This document shows positions 8,046 through 22,638 of a DNA stretch of 64,000 bases, piece after piece (position 1 is the stretch's first letter; every line of letters begins with the position of its first letter). The stretch spans positions 32,346-96,345 of the forward strand of contig JAVKSQ010000002.1 of NCBI GenBank assembly GCA_039583615.1, read 5' to 3'. The notes under the pieces are model-generated. The model was not told where the DNA came from. It ran no database searches and saw only the letters and a list, made by a program, of their open reading frames with translations. Both the position numbers and the translations under genes were made by a program. This stretch comes from Acidimicrobiales bacterium. Lineage in GTDB: Bacteria > Actinomycetota > Acidimicrobiia > Acidimicrobiales > QHCF01.

Positions 8046-11000
8046 TCAGCCGTCCAGGCAGGCCGTCTCCAGGTCGACTCGGCAGGGCTGGCCGTTCAGC
8101 TCAAAGCTTCCCCGATGCGCCATTGTGCTCGACGCAGTCGCTCCCACTGACCTGTCGAGGTTGACATCAAGCGTGATCGCCAGCGTCTGGGCCATGACCC
8201 AGTCCCGGTGGGCCTCCACCGCGGTGGCCGCCTCGGCCGGCAGGTCCAGGGCCAGGTGGATCCGGTCGGTGACCACCAGGCCGGCCTCCCGGCGGGCCTG
8301 CTGGACCTGGCGGACCACGTCGCGGGCCAGGCCCTCGGCCACCAGCTCGGTGGTCACTGCGAGGTCCAGGGTCACCACTGCGTCGTTGCCGGCCAGGGTC
8401 CGGCCGGCCTTGGTGTCGACCGGGCGGAGGCTGAGCTCGAACTCGCCGGGGCCGAGCAGCGTCCCTCCCACCTCGGCCGTACCGTCGGCCAGGGTGACCC
8501 AGCTTCCCTGGCGGGCGGCGGCCAATACCTTCTGGGTGTCGCCCCCGAGGCGGGGGCCGACCACCGCCGGCCTCACCCGCAGCACCAGCTGGCCCGCCTG
8601 CTCCACCTGATCGGTCAGGTGCACCGCCTTCACGTTTACCTCGTCGGCCACCAGGGAGGCGAAGGGCTCGAGCGTGGCGGCCCAGGGGGCGGCCACGGTC
8701 AGGGCGGCGAGAGGGTGGCGCACCGGCTGCCCGGCGGACTTGCGGATGGAGTGGGCCGCCGAGCACACCTCCCGCACCCTGTCCATGGTCGCCACCAGGT
8801 CACGGTCGCCCGGCAGCTCCCCGACTGCCGGCCAGTCGGTGAGGTGCACGCTGCGCCGGCCGGTTAGCCCGGTGTAAACCGCCTCGGTGACCAGGGGAGC
8901 CAGGGGAGCGGCCACCCGGCAGGCCACCTCCAGCACGGTGGCGAGCGTGTCATAGGCGTCCCGCTTGTCGCTGTCCTCCGGCGTCGGGCCGGCCGTCGCC
9001 GGGTCTCGGCCAGCGACGGGTGCCGAGGCAACCTCGGCCGGGACCGCCCCTCCTGACCAGGACCGCCAGAACCGGTCCCGGCTGCGCCGCACGTACCAGT
9101 TGGTGAGGGCGTCCAGCCAGGTGGTCACGCACCAGCAGGCCCCCGCCAGGTCGTAGGCGTCCAGGCGGGCGGTGACCTGGTCGACCAGGACGGCCGTCTT
9201 GGCCAGGATGTAGCGGTCCAGCACGCCGGTGGCGTCGGTCCGCCAGGTGCCCCTGGTCCGGTCGGCATTGGCGTAGAGGGACAGGAAGTGCCACGTGTTC
9301 CAGACCGGGCTGAGCACCGCCCTGACCGCCTCCACCACACTGCGGCGCTCGAAGACCAGGTCCTGGCCCCTCAGCACCGACGAGGAGAGCAGCGCCCAGC
9401 GCATGGCGTCCGCTCCCAGGGTGTCGAACACCTCGTCGGGGTCGGGATAGTTGCCCAGCCGCTTGGACGCCTTGCGCCCGTCGTCGCCCAGCACCACCCC
9501 GTGGGCCACGCAGGTCTGGAACGGCGGGCAGTCGAACAGGGCGGTGGACAGCACGTGCAGGGTGTAGAACCATCCCCGCGTCTGGCCGATGTACTCGACG
9601 ATGAAGTCAGCCGGGAAGTGGGCCTCGAAACGCTCCACGTTCTCGAACGGGTAGTGCATCTGGGCGTAGGGCATGGAGCCCGACTCGAACCAGCAGTCCA
9701 GCACGTCGGGCACCCTGCGCATGGTGGAGGCCCCGGTGGGGTCGTCGGGGTTGGGCCGGGTGAGCTGGTCGACTCCCGGGCGGTGGAGGTCGCCCGGGCG
9801 CACCCCGAAGTCGCGCTCCAGCTCGTCCAGGCTGCCGTACACGTCGATGCGGGGATAGGTGGGGTCGTCGCTCTTCCACACCGGGATTGGCGCCCCCCAG
9901 AAGCGGTTGCGGCTGATGGACCAGTCCCTGGCCCCCTCCAGCCACTTGCCGAAGGCACCGTCCCGGACGTGGCCGGGCACCCACCTGATGCGGTGGTTGA
10001 GCTCGACCATACGGTCCTTGATGGCGCTGACCCGCACGAACCACGAGCTCACCGCCTTGTAGATGAGGGCGGTGTCGGTGCGCCAGCAGTGGGGATAGGA
10101 GTGGGTGTAGTCGACCTGGTCGACCAGGGCGCCGGCGGCGCCCAGGTCGGCGATCACCGCCGGATTGGCGTCGAAGACCTGCTGGCCGGCGTAGGGGGGC
10201 ACCTCGGCGCTGAAACGGCCCCGGTCGTCGACCGGGCATACCACGGCGATGCCGTTCTCCTCGCACACCCGCTGGTCGTCCTCCCCGAAGCCGGGGGCCA
10301 GGTGGACGATGCCGGTACCCTCCTCGGTGGACACGAAGTCCCCGGCGAGCACCCGAAAGGCTCCGGGGGCGTGGGCGAAGAAGGCGAACAGGGGCCGGTA
10401 GCTCCGCCCCACCAGCTCGGCGCCGGTGACGGTGGCCACCGGTGGGCCCTCACCGAGTAAGGCGGCGTACTCCCCGGCCCGGGCGGCGGCCACCACCGTG
10501 AGAGCACCGTCCACGTCGTAGACGACGTAGTCGACGTCGGGCCCCACCGCCACGGCCAGGTTGGAGGGCAGGGTCCAGGGAGTGGTGGTCCACACCAGGA
10601 GGCGGAGCCTCTGCGAAATGGGGCTGGTACCGCCTCCCGTACTGCTCCCACCCCCGGGCCCCTCGGGGTCGACGTCGAACGCGACCGTTACCGCCGGGTC
10701 GACCCGCGGTCTATAGGCGTCGTCCTGGCGGGTCTCGAAGTTGGACAGGGGGGTCTCGCACTCCCAGCAGTACGGCAGGACCCGGTAGCCCTCGTAGGCC
10801 AGACCCTTCTCCCAGAGCGACTTGAAGGCCCACAGCACGCTTTCCATGTAGTCGACGTCCATGGTCTTGTAGTCGTGGGCGAAGTCGACCCAGCGGGCCT
10901 GGCGGGTGACGTAGCGCTGCCAGTCGTCGGTGGTTCGCTGCACGAGGGCGCGGCAATAGTCGTTGAACCGGCCCACCCCGTAGCGCAGGATCTCGGCTCG

Positions 11001-11342
11001 GCCGGCCAGCGCCAGCTCCTTCTCGGCCTCCATCTCGGCCGGCAGGCCGTGGCAGTCCCAGCCGAAGCGCCGCTCGACCCGTCGTCCCCTCATCGTCTGG
11101 TAGCGAGGGACGGCGTCCTTGACGAACCCGGTGAGCAGGTGGCCGTAGTGGGGCAGGCCGTTGGCGAAGGGCGGCCCGTCGTAGAAGACGTACTCGTTGG
11201 AGCCACCCGGGCGGGCCGCGACCGATGCGGCGAAGGTGTCGTCAGCTGCCCATCGGGCCAGGACCTGCTTCTCGAGGTCGGGGAAGTCCGCCTGGGCGGG
11301 GACCGCCGGGTAGGACTCGCCGGGACGATATGGGTCGACCAC
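8046..11342 (-). CDS. ileS: Isoleucine--tRNA ligase (type 2)
   Basis: [35 protein letters not shown] and [11 protein letters not shown]; KMSKS equivalent is KASKR. Confidence 0.98.
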   Translation of the reverse strand: MVDPYRPGESYPAVPAQADFPDLEKQVLARWAADDTFAASVAARPGGSNEYVFYDGPPFANGLPHYGHLLTGFVKDAVPRYQTMRGRRVERRFGWDCHGLPAEMEAEKELALAGRAEILRYGVGRFNDYCRALVQRTTDDWQRYVTRQARWVDFAHDYKTMDVDYMESVLWAFKSLWEKGLAYEGYRVLPYCWECETPLSNFETRQDDAYRPRVDPAVTVAFDVDPEGPGGGSSTGGGTSPISQRLRLLVWTTTPWTLPSNLAVAVGPDVDYVVYDVDGALTVVAAARAGEYAALLGEGPPVATVTGAELVGRSYRPLFAFFAHAPGAFRVLAGDFVSTEEGTGIVHLAPGFGEDDQRVCEENGIAVVCPVDDRGRFSAEVPPYAGQQVFDANPAVIADLGAAGALVDQVDYTHSYPHCWRTDTALIYKAVSSWFVRVSAIKDRMVELNHRIRWVPGHVRDGAFGKWLEGARDWSISRNRFWGAPIPVWKSDDPTYPRIDVYGSLDELERDFGVRPGDLHRPGVDQLTRPNPDDPTGASTMRRVPDVLDCWFESGSMPYAQMHYPFENVERFEAHFPADFIVEYIGQTRGWFYTLHVLSTALFDCPPFQTCVAHGVVLGDDGRKASKRLGNYPDPDEVFDTLGADAMRWALLSSSVLRGQDLVFERRSVVEAVRAVLSPVWNTWHFLSLYANADRTRGTWRTDATGVLDRYILAKTAVLVDQVTARLDAYDLAGACWCVTTWLDALTNWYVRRSRDRFWRSWSGGAVPAEVASAPVAGRDPATAGPTPEDSDKRDAYDTLATVLEVACRVAAPLAPLVTEAVYTGLTGRRSVHLTDWPAVGELPGDRDLVATMDRVREVCSAAHSIRKSAGQPVRHPLAALTVAAPWAATLEPFASLVADEVNVKAVHLTDQVEQAGQLVLRVRPAVVGPRLGGDTQKVLAAARQGSWVTLADGTAEVGGTLLGPGEFELSLRPVDTKAGRTLAGNDAVVTLDLAVTTELVAEGLARDVVRQVQQARREAGLVVTDRIHLALDLPAEAATAVEAHRDWVMAQTLAITLDVNLDRSVGATASSTMAHRGSFELNGQPCRVDLETACLDG

Positions 11343-11447
11343 CCCCCTAGAGTAGGCGGCGTGACTCCCCGCCTTCTCGAGGTCGGTGCCGCCTGTCCAG
11401 CGCGCTATAATCCCGCACCTTTTAGCCGATGAGGGGAACCCTACGCC

Positions 11448-12194
11448 ATGGCCACCGCCCGAAGACGACCCGATCTCAGCGCCGATGTCTCATCCCCAGA
11501 GGCGACGACCGCCGAGGCCGTCTCGCGCCACGCCAAGGCCCCCAACTCCAAGCCAGCCAACTCCAAGCCAGCCAACTCCAAGCCGGCCCGCCCAACTGCC
11601 AAGAAGGCTTCGCCGGCCAAGAAGAAGGCTCCACCGGGCAAGAAGGCTCCCGCCAAGAAGTTGGCCGCCGCCGCACCCAAGAAGACTCCCGGTGCCAACA
11701 AGAGACCGCCGAAGGCAAGCCCCCGGGCGGCGTCGAAGCGGGCTGCGATGGGTGATACGACGGCCCCGGCTGAGACGTCGGGCGTGCCCGAGACATCGGC
11801 GGAGGCGTCGGCCGGCTCCCCACCGGGCGACAGGTTCCTGCCCGAGGCCCGGGACCTGCTCCTGGCCGAACGGGCCACCTACGCCGAGCAGGCCGAGTCG
11901 CTCAAGGCGGAGGCCGACCTGCTGGTCCAGGAGGCCGAGCCGGGCGACATCCAGTTCGACGAGGAATCGGGGGAGGGGGGGACCATGGCCGTCGACCGGG
12001 AGCGGGACCTGGCCCTGGCCGGCCAGGCCCAGGCCGCGGTGGAGGAGATCGACCACGCCTTGGCCAAGCTCGGCGCCGGCGACTACGGCATCTGCGAGCA
12101 GTGCCGCGAGCGCATCCCCCGGCCTAGGCTCAAGGCCCTGCCCTACGCCCGGCTGTGCGTGGCCTGCAAGAGCGGAGGGTTGTCGCGGCGCTGA
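11448..12194 (+). CDS. TraR/DksA C4-zinc-finger protein with K/A/P-rich N-terminal tail
   Basis: YGICEQC...[14 protein letters not shown]; upstream TATAAT at 11406. Confidence 0.88.
   Translation: MATARRRPDLSADVSSPEATTAEAVSRHAKAPNSKPANSKPANSKPARPTAKKASPAKKKAPPGKKAPAKKLAAAAPKKTPGANKRPPKASPRAASKRAAMGDTTAPAETSGVPETSAEASAGSPPGDRFLPEARDLLLAERATYAEQAESLKAEADLLVQEAEPGDIQFDEESGEGGTMAVDRERDLALAGQAQAAVEEIDHALAKLGAGDYGICEQCRERIPRPRLKALPYARLCVACKSGGLSRR
11542..11586 (+). repeat. 15-bp tandem repeat x3 (CCAACTCCAAGCCAG)
   Basis: Directly visible; encodes NSKPA repeats. Confidence 0.9.
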
Positions 12195-12825
12195 GGCAGC
12201 GGGCCGGTGCAGGGGCCGCCCGGAGGGCACGGGCCCCCCGGGCGGCGGGCGGGCAAGCAGGGCCCGCCCGGGAGGCGGGTACCAAGTCAGGGCCGTCCCG
12301 AGCCAGCCGGGCCCGCCTTGCCGCGCTGGGCGTCACCGCCGCTGTCGGCCTGGGCGCCGATCAGCTCACCAAGTCGCTGGCGGTCCACTACCTGAGCGGT
12401 GGCCCGCTCCACCTGGTGGGTCCCCTCAGCCTGGCCCTCACCTACAACTCCGGGGCCGCCTTCAGCATCGGCCAGGGGCTGGCGCCCCTGCTGGTAGTGG
12501 TGGGGGTGGCCCTGGTCGCCGTACTGGTGGGAGTCGGGCGCACGGTAGCCGACACCCCCAGCGCGCTGGCCATCGGACTCGTCCTGGGCGGTGCCCTGGG
12601 CAACCTGGCCGACCGCCTGGTGAGGGCCAACCACGGGGCGGTGATCGACTTCATCCAGACCCGCTACTGGCCCACCTTCAACCTGGCCGATGCCTGCATC
12701 GTCTGCGGCGCCGTCCTGCTGGTGGTGTCCGGGCTGCGGCGGCGAGCCCCGTCGGGGTCGACTGGGAGGCCTCCCGGGAGGGAGCCTCCCGGGCCAATGG
12801 CCGGCCCCTCCACCGGGTCACCACC

Positions 12826-12829
<4 letters not shown>
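12155..12829 (+). CDS. lspA: Lipoprotein signal peptidase II (start uncertain)
   Basis: ADQLTK, YNSGAAFS, GGALGNLADR, VIDFI and PTFNLAD. Confidence 0.93.
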
Positions 12830-13746
<917 letters not shown>

Positions 13747-13787
13747 CCCCCCGGCCCCCGAGCGCCCGACCCTTGCCGGGCAGCAGG

Positions 13788-14711
13788 TCAGGCGGCGGTG
13801 CTGATGCCCTCCAGCCCGGGATGGGACGCCAGGTGCGCCAGGGCGTCGGCCTCGGCCTGACGGGCCCGGCGAACGCCCACTCCCAGACGTCGTGCTGTTG
13901 CCTCCAGCGAGACCGGCTCGGTGCCTCCCAGGCCGAAGCGGAGCCGCACCACGTCGCGTTCCAGGGGAGAGAGCCCATCCACCGCCCGGCCCAGCGTCTC
14001 GGCCACCATTGCCTTGTCCACCTGGCCCTCGAAGCCCTCCCCGGGGGGGGCGACCAGCTCGGACAGGGTGGTCTCCCCGTCTGGGCCTACCGGCTGGTCG
14101 AGGCTGGCCACCACTCGGGCGGCCTGGCGAACGTCGGCCAGCTGGGCCAGGGACAGTCCGGTGGCCTCGGCCAGCTCCGCCTCGTCCGGCTCGCGGCCCA
14201 GCTCGGTGGCCAGCTCGCGGCTGGCCTGGTCCACCAGGCGGGCCCGATCAGCCGCCTCCATGGGCAGGCGGATGGTCTGGCCGTGGTTGTGGACAGCCCT
14301 CTGCAGGGCCTGGCGGATCCACCAGGTGGCATAGGTGGAGAACCGGAAGCCCCGCCGCCAGTCGAACTTCTCGACCGCCCGGATGAGGCCGAAGGTCCCC
14401 TCCTGGACCAGGTCGCCCAGCTCCACCCCGCGGTCCTGGTAGAGGCGGGCCCAGTGCACCACCAGTCGCAGGTTGCACTCGATCATCCTCCGCCTGGCGG
14501 CCGCGTCCCCGCCCTCCGCCCGCTGGGCCAGCTCGACCTGCTCGGCCGCGCTGAGCAGCGGGTGACGGGCCAGCTCGTCGAGGAACAGTCCCACCGAGTC
14601 GCCGGTCCGGGCTCGGCGGCCACCCGATACCCCGCCTGACTGGCGGGCGCGTTCCACCGGGCGCCCGGTGGGCACCTTGGCCGCCTTGTCGACAGTGGAA
14701 GTGGTGGTCAT
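13788..14711 (-). CDS. Group-2 sigma-70 factor (SigB/HrdD-like)
   Basis: [27 protein letters not shown] and [13 protein letters not shown]; no region 1.1. Confidence 0.92.
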   Translation of the reverse strand: MTTTSTVDKAAKVPTGRPVERARQSGGVSGGRRARTGDSVGLFLDELARHPLLSAAEQVELAQRAEGGDAAARRRMIECNLRLVVHWARLYQDRGVELGDLVQEGTFGLIRAVEKFDWRRGFRFSTYATWWIRQALQRAVHNHGQTIRLPMEAADRARLVDQASRELATELGREPDEAELAEATGLSLAQLADVRQAARVVASLDQPVGPDGETTLSELVAPPGEGFEGQVDKAMVAETLGRAVDGLSPLERDVVRLRFGLGGTEPVSLEATARRLGVGVRRARQAEADALAHLASHPGLEGISTAA

Positions 14712-14738
14712 CGCCTGGTTCTTACCCTCCCAGGGTTG

Positions 14739-14764
14739 AACAACATCATTGGGGTCCTCATTCC
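14739..14764 (-). promoter_or_regulatory. SigH/SigR/SigE-type ECF promoter
   Basis: Minus strand GGAAT-N18-GTT just upstream of the sigma factor gene. Confidence 0.65.
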
Positions 14765-14838
14765 GCCCCGGCCGCAGTCGGTTGGTAGCAGTCGGTCGAT
14801 CTGCTCCTGGGGATCCTGCAACGGCGTGGCCCGGACGA

Positions 14839-15303
14839 TCATTCCCCGTCCCGCCCTTCGCACTCAGTTTGCTCGATGGCGCTGACCTGGGCCAGTCGCC
14901 GGGCGTGGCGGCCCCCCTCGAAGTCGGTGGACAAGAACACGTCCAAGATGGCCAGCGCCAGGGGCTCGGCCACCATCCGGGCCCCCAGGGACAGCACGTT
15001 GACGTCGTTGTGCTGACGGGCCAGCCGGGCGCTGAACTCGTCCCAGCACAGCCCCGCTCTCACCCCGTGGACCTTGTTGGCGGAAAGGGCTTCACCCTGG
15101 CCGGTCCCTCCCATGATCACTGCCCGGTCGGCCCGCCGGGCCACCACCTCCCGCCCGGCTGCCGCGCACGGACCCGGGTAGTCGACCGGCTCCTCGGAAT
15201 GAGTGCCCAGGTCCGTTACCTGGTGGCCGGCGGCGGCCAGGTGGCTGGCCACGGCCGCCTTGAGGCGGTAGCCGGCGTGATCAGAGGCGATGGCGACTCG
15301 CAT
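14839..15303 (-). CDS. rpiB: Ribose-5-phosphate isomerase B
   Basis: [30 protein letters not shown] and FEGGRH. Confidence 0.95.
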   Translation of the reverse strand: MRVAIASDHAGYRLKAAVASHLAAAGHQVTDLGTHSEEPVDYPGPCAAAGREVVARRADRAVIMGGTGQGEALSANKVHGVRAGLCWDEFSARLARQHNDVNVLSLGARMVAEPLALAILDVFLSTDFEGGRHARRLAQVSAIEQTECEGRDGE

Positions 15304-15384
15304 CCTGCCAGCATGGCACGACAGCGTGCCCCTGCGGAGCAGCGTGGGGCAACGGTGCCTCTCGCTCTCCTGGCGCACGCACTG

Positions 15385-17316
<1,932 letters not shown>

Positions 17317-17345
<29 letters not shown>

Positions 17346-18762
17346 CCCCATTCTGACATGTCACGGGCAGGCGCAGTCTCAGGCAGGCACCACCCCCCTC
17401 GGCGGCCTCGGCGGAGGCCGTGCCGCCGTGCCATTCGACCACCTGGCGCACGATGGCCAGGCCCAGCCCCGATCCCGGGAGCCGGCGGTCGCCAGTCGCT
17501 CGATAGAAGCGGTCGAACACGAATGGAAGGTCGCCCGGAGGGATCCCCGGCCCGTGGTCTCGAACGCTGAGCTCGGCCTGGTCGGAGGAGGCGCGCAGGG
17601 CGACCTCGACCTTCGCCCCCGCCGGGCTCCACTTGACCGCATTGCCGACCAGGTTGGCCACCGCCCGCTCCAGGCGGCCCGGGTCGCCCCGGACCAGGAC
17701 CGGCTCCGTCTGGAGCTCGATCGCGAGGTGGGCAGCTCGGTGCCGGGCCCGGGCCACCACCCCGGCCACCACCTCGTCCAGGCGGACGTCCTCGCCCATG
17801 GGCTCCGGCTCCGCGTCGCGGGCCAGGTCGACCAGGTCGCCGACCAGCACGGTCAGCTCCTCCAGCTGGGCCACCGTGTCGGACAGCAGCCTTGAGCGGT
17901 CCTCGGGGCCCAGCTGGTGCTCGGCCTGGGAGGCGGGGCCAGCACTGCCCGCTCCCGGGGCGGCCAGGTACCCGGAGCCCTGGGCCAGGACCTCTATGTT
18001 GGTCCGCAGGCTGGTGAGGGGCGTGCGCAGCTCGTGGGAGGCATCCGCCACCACCTGGCGCTGGGCCCGCAGGGCGGCCTCCAGGGCAGCCATCATGGTG
18101 TTGAAGCTGGAAGCCAGGCGGGAGAGCTCGTCGGTGCCGCTCACGTCCAGGCGCCGGCTCAGGTCCCGGGTGGTGGCGACGTCGTTGGCTGCCTCGGACA
18201 GGCGCAGGACCGGGGCCACGGCCCGTCCCGCCACCCACCCCCCGGCCAGCACCGCCAGCAGGGCACCCCCGAGGGTGACGAGCACCAGGATGAGCCCCAG
18301 TCGGGCCAGGGTGTGATTGACCTCATCGAGGGAGGCCGCCACCTGCAGGGCAGTGCCGGGAGCGATCCGAGAGGTGAACACCAACAGGTCCTCTTGGCCG
18401 ACCGTCAGCTCGGACAGGAATGCGCCCTGGCGTCCGGCCGCCACCCTGGCAGCCTGGTCCACGAGCGGCAGGGTGAGCCCAGAGGAGCCCAGGTGGCCGA
18501 CGGTGGCGTCGGCTCCGACCAGTTGGGCGTCGGTCCCGGTGGCCAGGGTCAGGTGCCGGGCGGCGGCGGACGGCGAGCCGGCTGGCAGGCCAGGCCTGCC
18601 GGCCAGGCTGGTGGCGGTGGCCTGGGCCTGGCTGCGCAGCGAGGCGGCCAGGCTGGACCGCAGCTCGGTCCGCACCACCAGGTAAGCGGCCAGCGCCACC
18701 AGGACCACGGCCAGGGCCACCGCGCCGGCGGTGGCCAGTCCGAGGCGAGCCCGGATGGTCAC
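17317..18762 (-). CDS. Sensor histidine kinase (MprB-like)
   Basis: Two TM segments, [31 protein letters not shown] and GSGLGLAIV. Confidence 0.95.
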
Positions 18763-19457
18763 GGCTCGGCACGCACCACGTAGCCCACCCCCCTCACCGT
18801 GTGGATGAGGCGGGGCTCGCCGCCGGCCTCGGTCTTGCGCCGGAGGTAGCCGATGTAGACCTCCAGGGAGTTCGAGGACGGCCCGAAGTCGTAGCCCCAG
18901 ATCCGATCGAAGATCACCGATCGGGTGAGCACCCGATTGGCGTTGCGGGCCAGCAGCTCGAGCAGGGACATCTCGGTCCTGGTCAGGTCCAGGCGGCGGC
19001 CGCCCCTGCTGGCCTGCCAGGCCTGGGTGTCCACCGTGAGGTCACCAACGGCCAGCACCTCAGGGCTGGACGGGCCGCCCGCACCGGGGCCGCTCGGTCC
19101 CGACCGGCGCAGGAGGGCGCGCAGCCGGGCCAGCAGCTCTTGGAGGGCGAACGGCTTCACCAGGTAGTCGTCCGCCCCGGCGTCGAGCCCGGCGACTCTG
19201 TCGGCCACCTGATCGCGTGCGGTGAGGACCAGGATCGGGGTGCTGTCACCCATCGTCCGCATGCGGCGGCACACCTCCAGGCCGCTCACCTGCGGCATCA
19301 TGACGTCGAGGACCACCGCGTCGGGGCGGTGGGCGGAGACCCGCCGCAGGGCCTCCATGCCGTCCGCTGCCAGCTCCACCTGGTAGCGCTCGACAGAGAG
19401 GGCCCGCTCGAGGGCCAAGCGGACCGCCGGCTCGTCATCGACCACCAAGATGTTCAC
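18759..19457 (-). CDS. OmpR-family response regulator (MprA-like)
   Basis: [24 protein letters not shown] and [13 protein letters not shown]; GTG 19457 preferred as start. Confidence 0.95.
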   Translation of the reverse strand: MNILVVDDEPAVRLALERALSVERYQVELAADGMEALRRVSAHRPDAVVLDVMMPQVSGLEVCRRMRTMGDSTPILVLTARDQVADRVAGLDAGADDYLVKPFALQELLARLRALLRRSGPSGPGAGGPSSPEVLAVGDLTVDTQAWQASRGGRRLDLTRTEMSLLELLARNANRVLTRSVIFDRIWGYDFGPSSNSLEVYIGYLRRKTEAGGEPRLIHTVRGVGYVVRAEP

Positions 19458-19559
19458 CAGCCCATCTTGCCGGGCGGGGCCGGCCTGGGCTGGCCGGCGG
19501 GAGCCGGGCGAGACGCCGATCGCCGGCGGCTGCGTCTCCGGCGCTCGCTCCTCGGTCTT

Positions 19560-19587
19560 TCTCACCCGGTGTTCACCTTGCTCTCAG
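19560..19587. promoter_or_regulatory. MprA-box-like direct repeats
   Basis: TCTCAC-N5-GTTCAC-N5-TCTCAG, an 11-bp period, between the divergent regulator and LolA-like genes. Confidence 0.6.
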
Positions 19588-19609
19588 GATGACCTGCTTG
19601 GCTGGGGGA

Positions 19610-20854
19610 ATGAGGGAACACCACGACACCCCGTCCAGCCCGCACCTGGCGTCCCCGCCGGGTGGCCGTCCTGCGCGACTGCGCTGGCTGGTTCCCCCGG
19701 TGGTCGCCGCTGTCCTGGTGGGCGTGGTTGGCCTGGTGCCTCGCCTGGCCGGTGCCCAGGGCCGGCCCAAGCTGGCTCCGCTCAGCCCGGCGGCCCTGAT
19801 CGCCAAGGTGCAGACCGACGCGCCCAAGGTGAGCGCCCTGACCGGCACCGTCCAGTGGAAGCCCAACCTCGGCCTTCCCGACCTGAGCGGCCTCACCTCC
19901 GCTGGCTCGGGGTCGGGCGGCTCGGGGTCGGGCGGCTCGGGGTCTGGGGGCGCGGGGTCGGCGGCCGTGACCTCGCTGGCGACCTCCCTGCTCACGGCGC
20001 CGCAGACGGCCCAGGTGTTCGTCGACGGCCCTGACCACCTCCGCATCGCCGTGGCCCAGGGACAGGGTGAGACGGGTGAGACCGACCTGATCCGCAATGG
20101 GTCCGACGTCTGGCTGTGGCAGAGCAAGTCTGCCCAGGTCACCCATACGGTGCTGGGCGCCCACCACTCTGGCCCCTCCCGGTCGAGCCTGACTTCCGTG
20201 CCCGGCGCCCCGGCAGTCCCGCCCACGCCCCAGCAGGTGGCCAGCCGCCTGCTGAGCTCGCTGGACCCGTCCACTCGGGTGTTCGTCCTCGACACCGCCT
20301 ACGTGGCCGGCCGCCCCGCCTACGAGCTGGTGCTGGCGCCCAAGTCGGCCCAGAGCCTGATCTCTGACGTGGTCATCGCGGTGGACTCGGCCACCGGCCT
20401 GCCCCTTCGGGTCCAGGTGGTCAGCCGGTCGAGCACCACGCCGGCCCTGGAGATCGGCTACATCAACTCCATCAGCTTCGCCCCTCCGGCCGCCTCGAAC
20501 TTCGCCTTCACCGCCCCGCCCGGCGCCACGGTGCGCAACCTGGCCTCGGGCCCGACCACCCGAGGGCCCCACCCGGGCAGGTCCGGCGATGCGAGCGCCC
20601 AGCCCGGCCAGGCCGGCAGCCCTACGGTGCTGGGCACTGGCTGGGACAGCATCGGGGTGATCAAGGGAGTCGACCTGACCGACCGTTCCCTGGCTACCCT
20701 CCTGCGGACGGCCAGGTCGGTGAGCGGCTCGTGGGGATCGGGTCGGTTGCTCACCACCTCGCTGGCGGACGCCCTGGTCCTGCCGGACGGCACGGTGCTG
20801 GTCGGGGCCGTCACGCCCCAGGCCCTGGAGTCGGCCGCCGGCGGCTTGAGGTAG
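19610..20854 (+). CDS. Exported LolA-like / DUF2092-like protein
   Basis: N-terminal TM, DLIRNGSDVWLW, VAGRPAYELVLAP and VDSATGLPLRVQV. Confidence 0.75.
   Translation: MREHHDTPSSPHLASPPGGRPARLRWLVPPVVAAVLVGVVGLVPRLAGAQGRPKLAPLSPAALIAKVQTDAPKVSALTGTVQWKPNLGLPDLSGLTSAGSGSGGSGSGGSGSGGAGSAAVTSLATSLLTAPQTAQVFVDGPDHLRIAVAQGQGETGETDLIRNGSDVWLWQSKSAQVTHTVLGAHHSGPSRSSLTSVPGAPAVPPTPQQVASRLLSSLDPSTRVFVLDTAYVAGRPAYELVLAPKSAQSLISDVVIAVDSATGLPLRVQVVSRSSTTPALEIGYINSISFAPPAASNFAFTAPPGATVRNLASGPTTRGPHPGRSGDASAQPGQAGSPTVLGTGWDSIGVIKGVDLTDRSLATLLRTARSVSGSWGSGRLLTTSLADALVLPDGTVLVGAVTPQALESAAGGLR
19904..19963 (+). repeat. 15-bp tandem repeat x3-4 (GGCTCGGGGTCGGGC)
   Basis: Directly visible; encodes a GSGSG linker. 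Confidence 0.85.
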
Positions 20855-20861
20855 CCGGGCC

Positions 20862-21821
20862 GTGGCCGCCGCCTCGATGACCAGCGCCGACGGGCTGGTC
20901 ATCGAGACCACTGGGCTTACCAAGCACCTCGGGGGCCGCCCGGTGGTCGACGCCATCGACCTGGCCGTGCCCGAGGGGGCGGTCTTTGGCTTCCTCGGTC
21001 CCAACGGCTCGGGAAAGACGACCACCATCCGCGTGCTGTTGGGTCTCGCCTTCGCCTCTTCGGGCCAGGTGCGGGTGCTGGGCCACGACATCCCGGCCCT
21101 GGCCAGCCGGGCCCTGCCCCAGGTGGGTGCGCTGGTAGAGGGGCCTGCGTTCTACCCGTGGCTGTCCGGGCGGGAGAACCTGGCCCGGCTCGACCAGGTC
21201 GGACCCACCTCGGGCAAGGCCACCCGCGGCGAGCGGGTAGACACCGCCTTGGCGCGGGTGGGGTTGGGAGCGGCGGCCAAGAAGCGCTATCGGGCCTACT
21301 CGCTGGGGATGCGCCAGCGGCTGGCCCTGGCCGCCACCCTGGTGCGTCCCTGCCGCCTGCTCATACTGGACGAGCCCACCAACGGCCTCGACCCCCAGGG
21401 CACCAGGGAGGTGCGGGCGCTGATGCGGGAGATGGCGAGGGAGGGAACCACCGTCTTCTTGTCCAGCCACCTGCTGTCCGAGGTCGAGCAGGTGTGCACC
21501 CATGCCGCGGTCATGCGCCTCGGCCGGATCGTGGCCCAGGGCCCGATGGAGGCGCTGCGGGCCAGCCAGCAGCGCGTCCTCAAGGTCGAGACCCCCGACT
21601 CCGACATGGCTGTCAAGGTACTGGCCGCTCTCGACGGCGTGGGCTTGTCCACCTTCGCCGACGGGTTGGTGCGAGCCGAGCTGTCGGGCGCCCTCCCGGA
21701 GGAGTGCACCAGCGCGCTGGTGGCCGCCGGGGTGCGGGTCCGCTCGCTCACCAGCGAGGTCCCCAGCCTCGAAGACCTGTTCGTGGCCCTGACCGGGGAG
21801 GGCTTCGATGTGGCTCAGTGA
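20862..21821 (+). CDS. ABC exporter ATP-binding subunit
   Basis: GPNGSGKTT, YSLGMRQR, LDEPTNGLD and SSHLL. Confidence 0.96.
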   Translation: MAAASMTSADGLVIETTGLTKHLGGRPVVDAIDLAVPEGAVFGFLGPNGSGKTTTIRVLLGLAFASSGQVRVLGHDIPALASRALPQVGALVEGPAFYPWLSGRENLARLDQVGPTSGKATRGERVDTALARVGLGAAAKKRYRAYSLGMRQRLALAATLVRPCRLLILDEPTNGLDPQGTREVRALMREMAREGTTVFLSSHLLSEVEQVCTHAAVMRLGRIVAQGPMEALRASQQRVLKVETPDSDMAVKVLAALDGVGLSTFADGLVRAELSGALPEECTSALVAAGVRVRSLTSEVPSLEDLFVALTGEGFDVAQ

Positions 21822-22614
21822 GCTGCGCCTGGTCTTCGGGAGGCGCCGCACCAAGGCTCTCCTGGCCGCCTTGGCTGCCATCCCGGTTCTCGCCGCGCTG
21901 GCCGTCAGGCTCTTCTCGTCCCCCGGCTCAGGTGGGGGAGGCGGTCCGGCATTCTTCGACCAGATAACCCACAACGGCGTCTTCGTGGCCCTGGGCGGTC
22001 TTGCCGTCGCCATTCCCTTCTTCATCCCTCTGACCGTGGCGGTGGTCTCGGGGGACACCATGGCGGGCGAGGCCAGTCTGGGCACCCTGCGGAACCTGTT
22101 GGCCCGGCCGGTGGGACGGACCCGGCTGCTGGCGGCCAAGCTGGCCAGCGCCATGGCCTTCTGCCTGGCGGCCGCCCTGGTGGTGGTGATCGCCGGGCTC
22201 ATCGCCGGAGCCGTGCTCTTCCCCCTCGGGCGGGTCACCACCCTGTCCGGCTTCACCATCTCGTTGGCCGACGGTCTGCTTCGCTCGCTGCTGGCCGGCC
22301 TGGTGGTCGGAGCCTCGATGCTGGGCCTGGCCTGCATCGGGTTGTTCGTCTCCACCCTCACCGAGATCCCGGTGGGGGCGATGGCCGCCACCGCCGCCAT
22401 CGCCATCGCCATCCAGATCGCCGACGGCATCTCGCAGCTGCACGCCATCCAGCCTTACCTGCTGACCCATCACTGGCTGGCCTTCGGCGACCTCCTGCGG
22501 GTGCCGATCAACTTCGCCAACATCATCTCGGACATGTTCTTGCAGCTGGCGTGGGGGACCGTCTTCCTGGCCGCGGCCTGGGCCCGCTTCAGCACCCAGG
22601 ACGTGCTGGCCTGA
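21808..22614 (+). CDS. ABC-2 type permease
   Basis: About 6 TM segments; GEASLGTLRNLLARPVGRTRLLAAK. Confidence 0.92.
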   Translation: MWLSELRLVFGRRRTKALLAALAAIPVLAALAVRLFSSPGSGGGGGPAFFDQITHNGVFVALGGLAVAIPFFIPLTVAVVSGDTMAGEASLGTLRNLLARPVGRTRLLAAKLASAMAFCLAAALVVVIAGLIAGAVLFPLGRVTTLSGFTISLADGLLRSLLAGLVVGASMLGLACIGLFVSTLTEIPVGAMAATAAIAIAIQIADGISQLHAIQPYLLTHHWLAFGDLLRVPINFANIISDMFLQLAWGTVFLAAAWARFSTQDVLA

Positions 22615-22638
22615 CCTGGTCCGAGGTCGAGGCTCGGC

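Noticed and set aside
11343-11447. T-box riboswitch upstream of ileS
   Set aside because: Only about 105 bp of intergenic space, no T-box motif seen, and TACTCT-N6-GTG suggests a leaderless mRNA.
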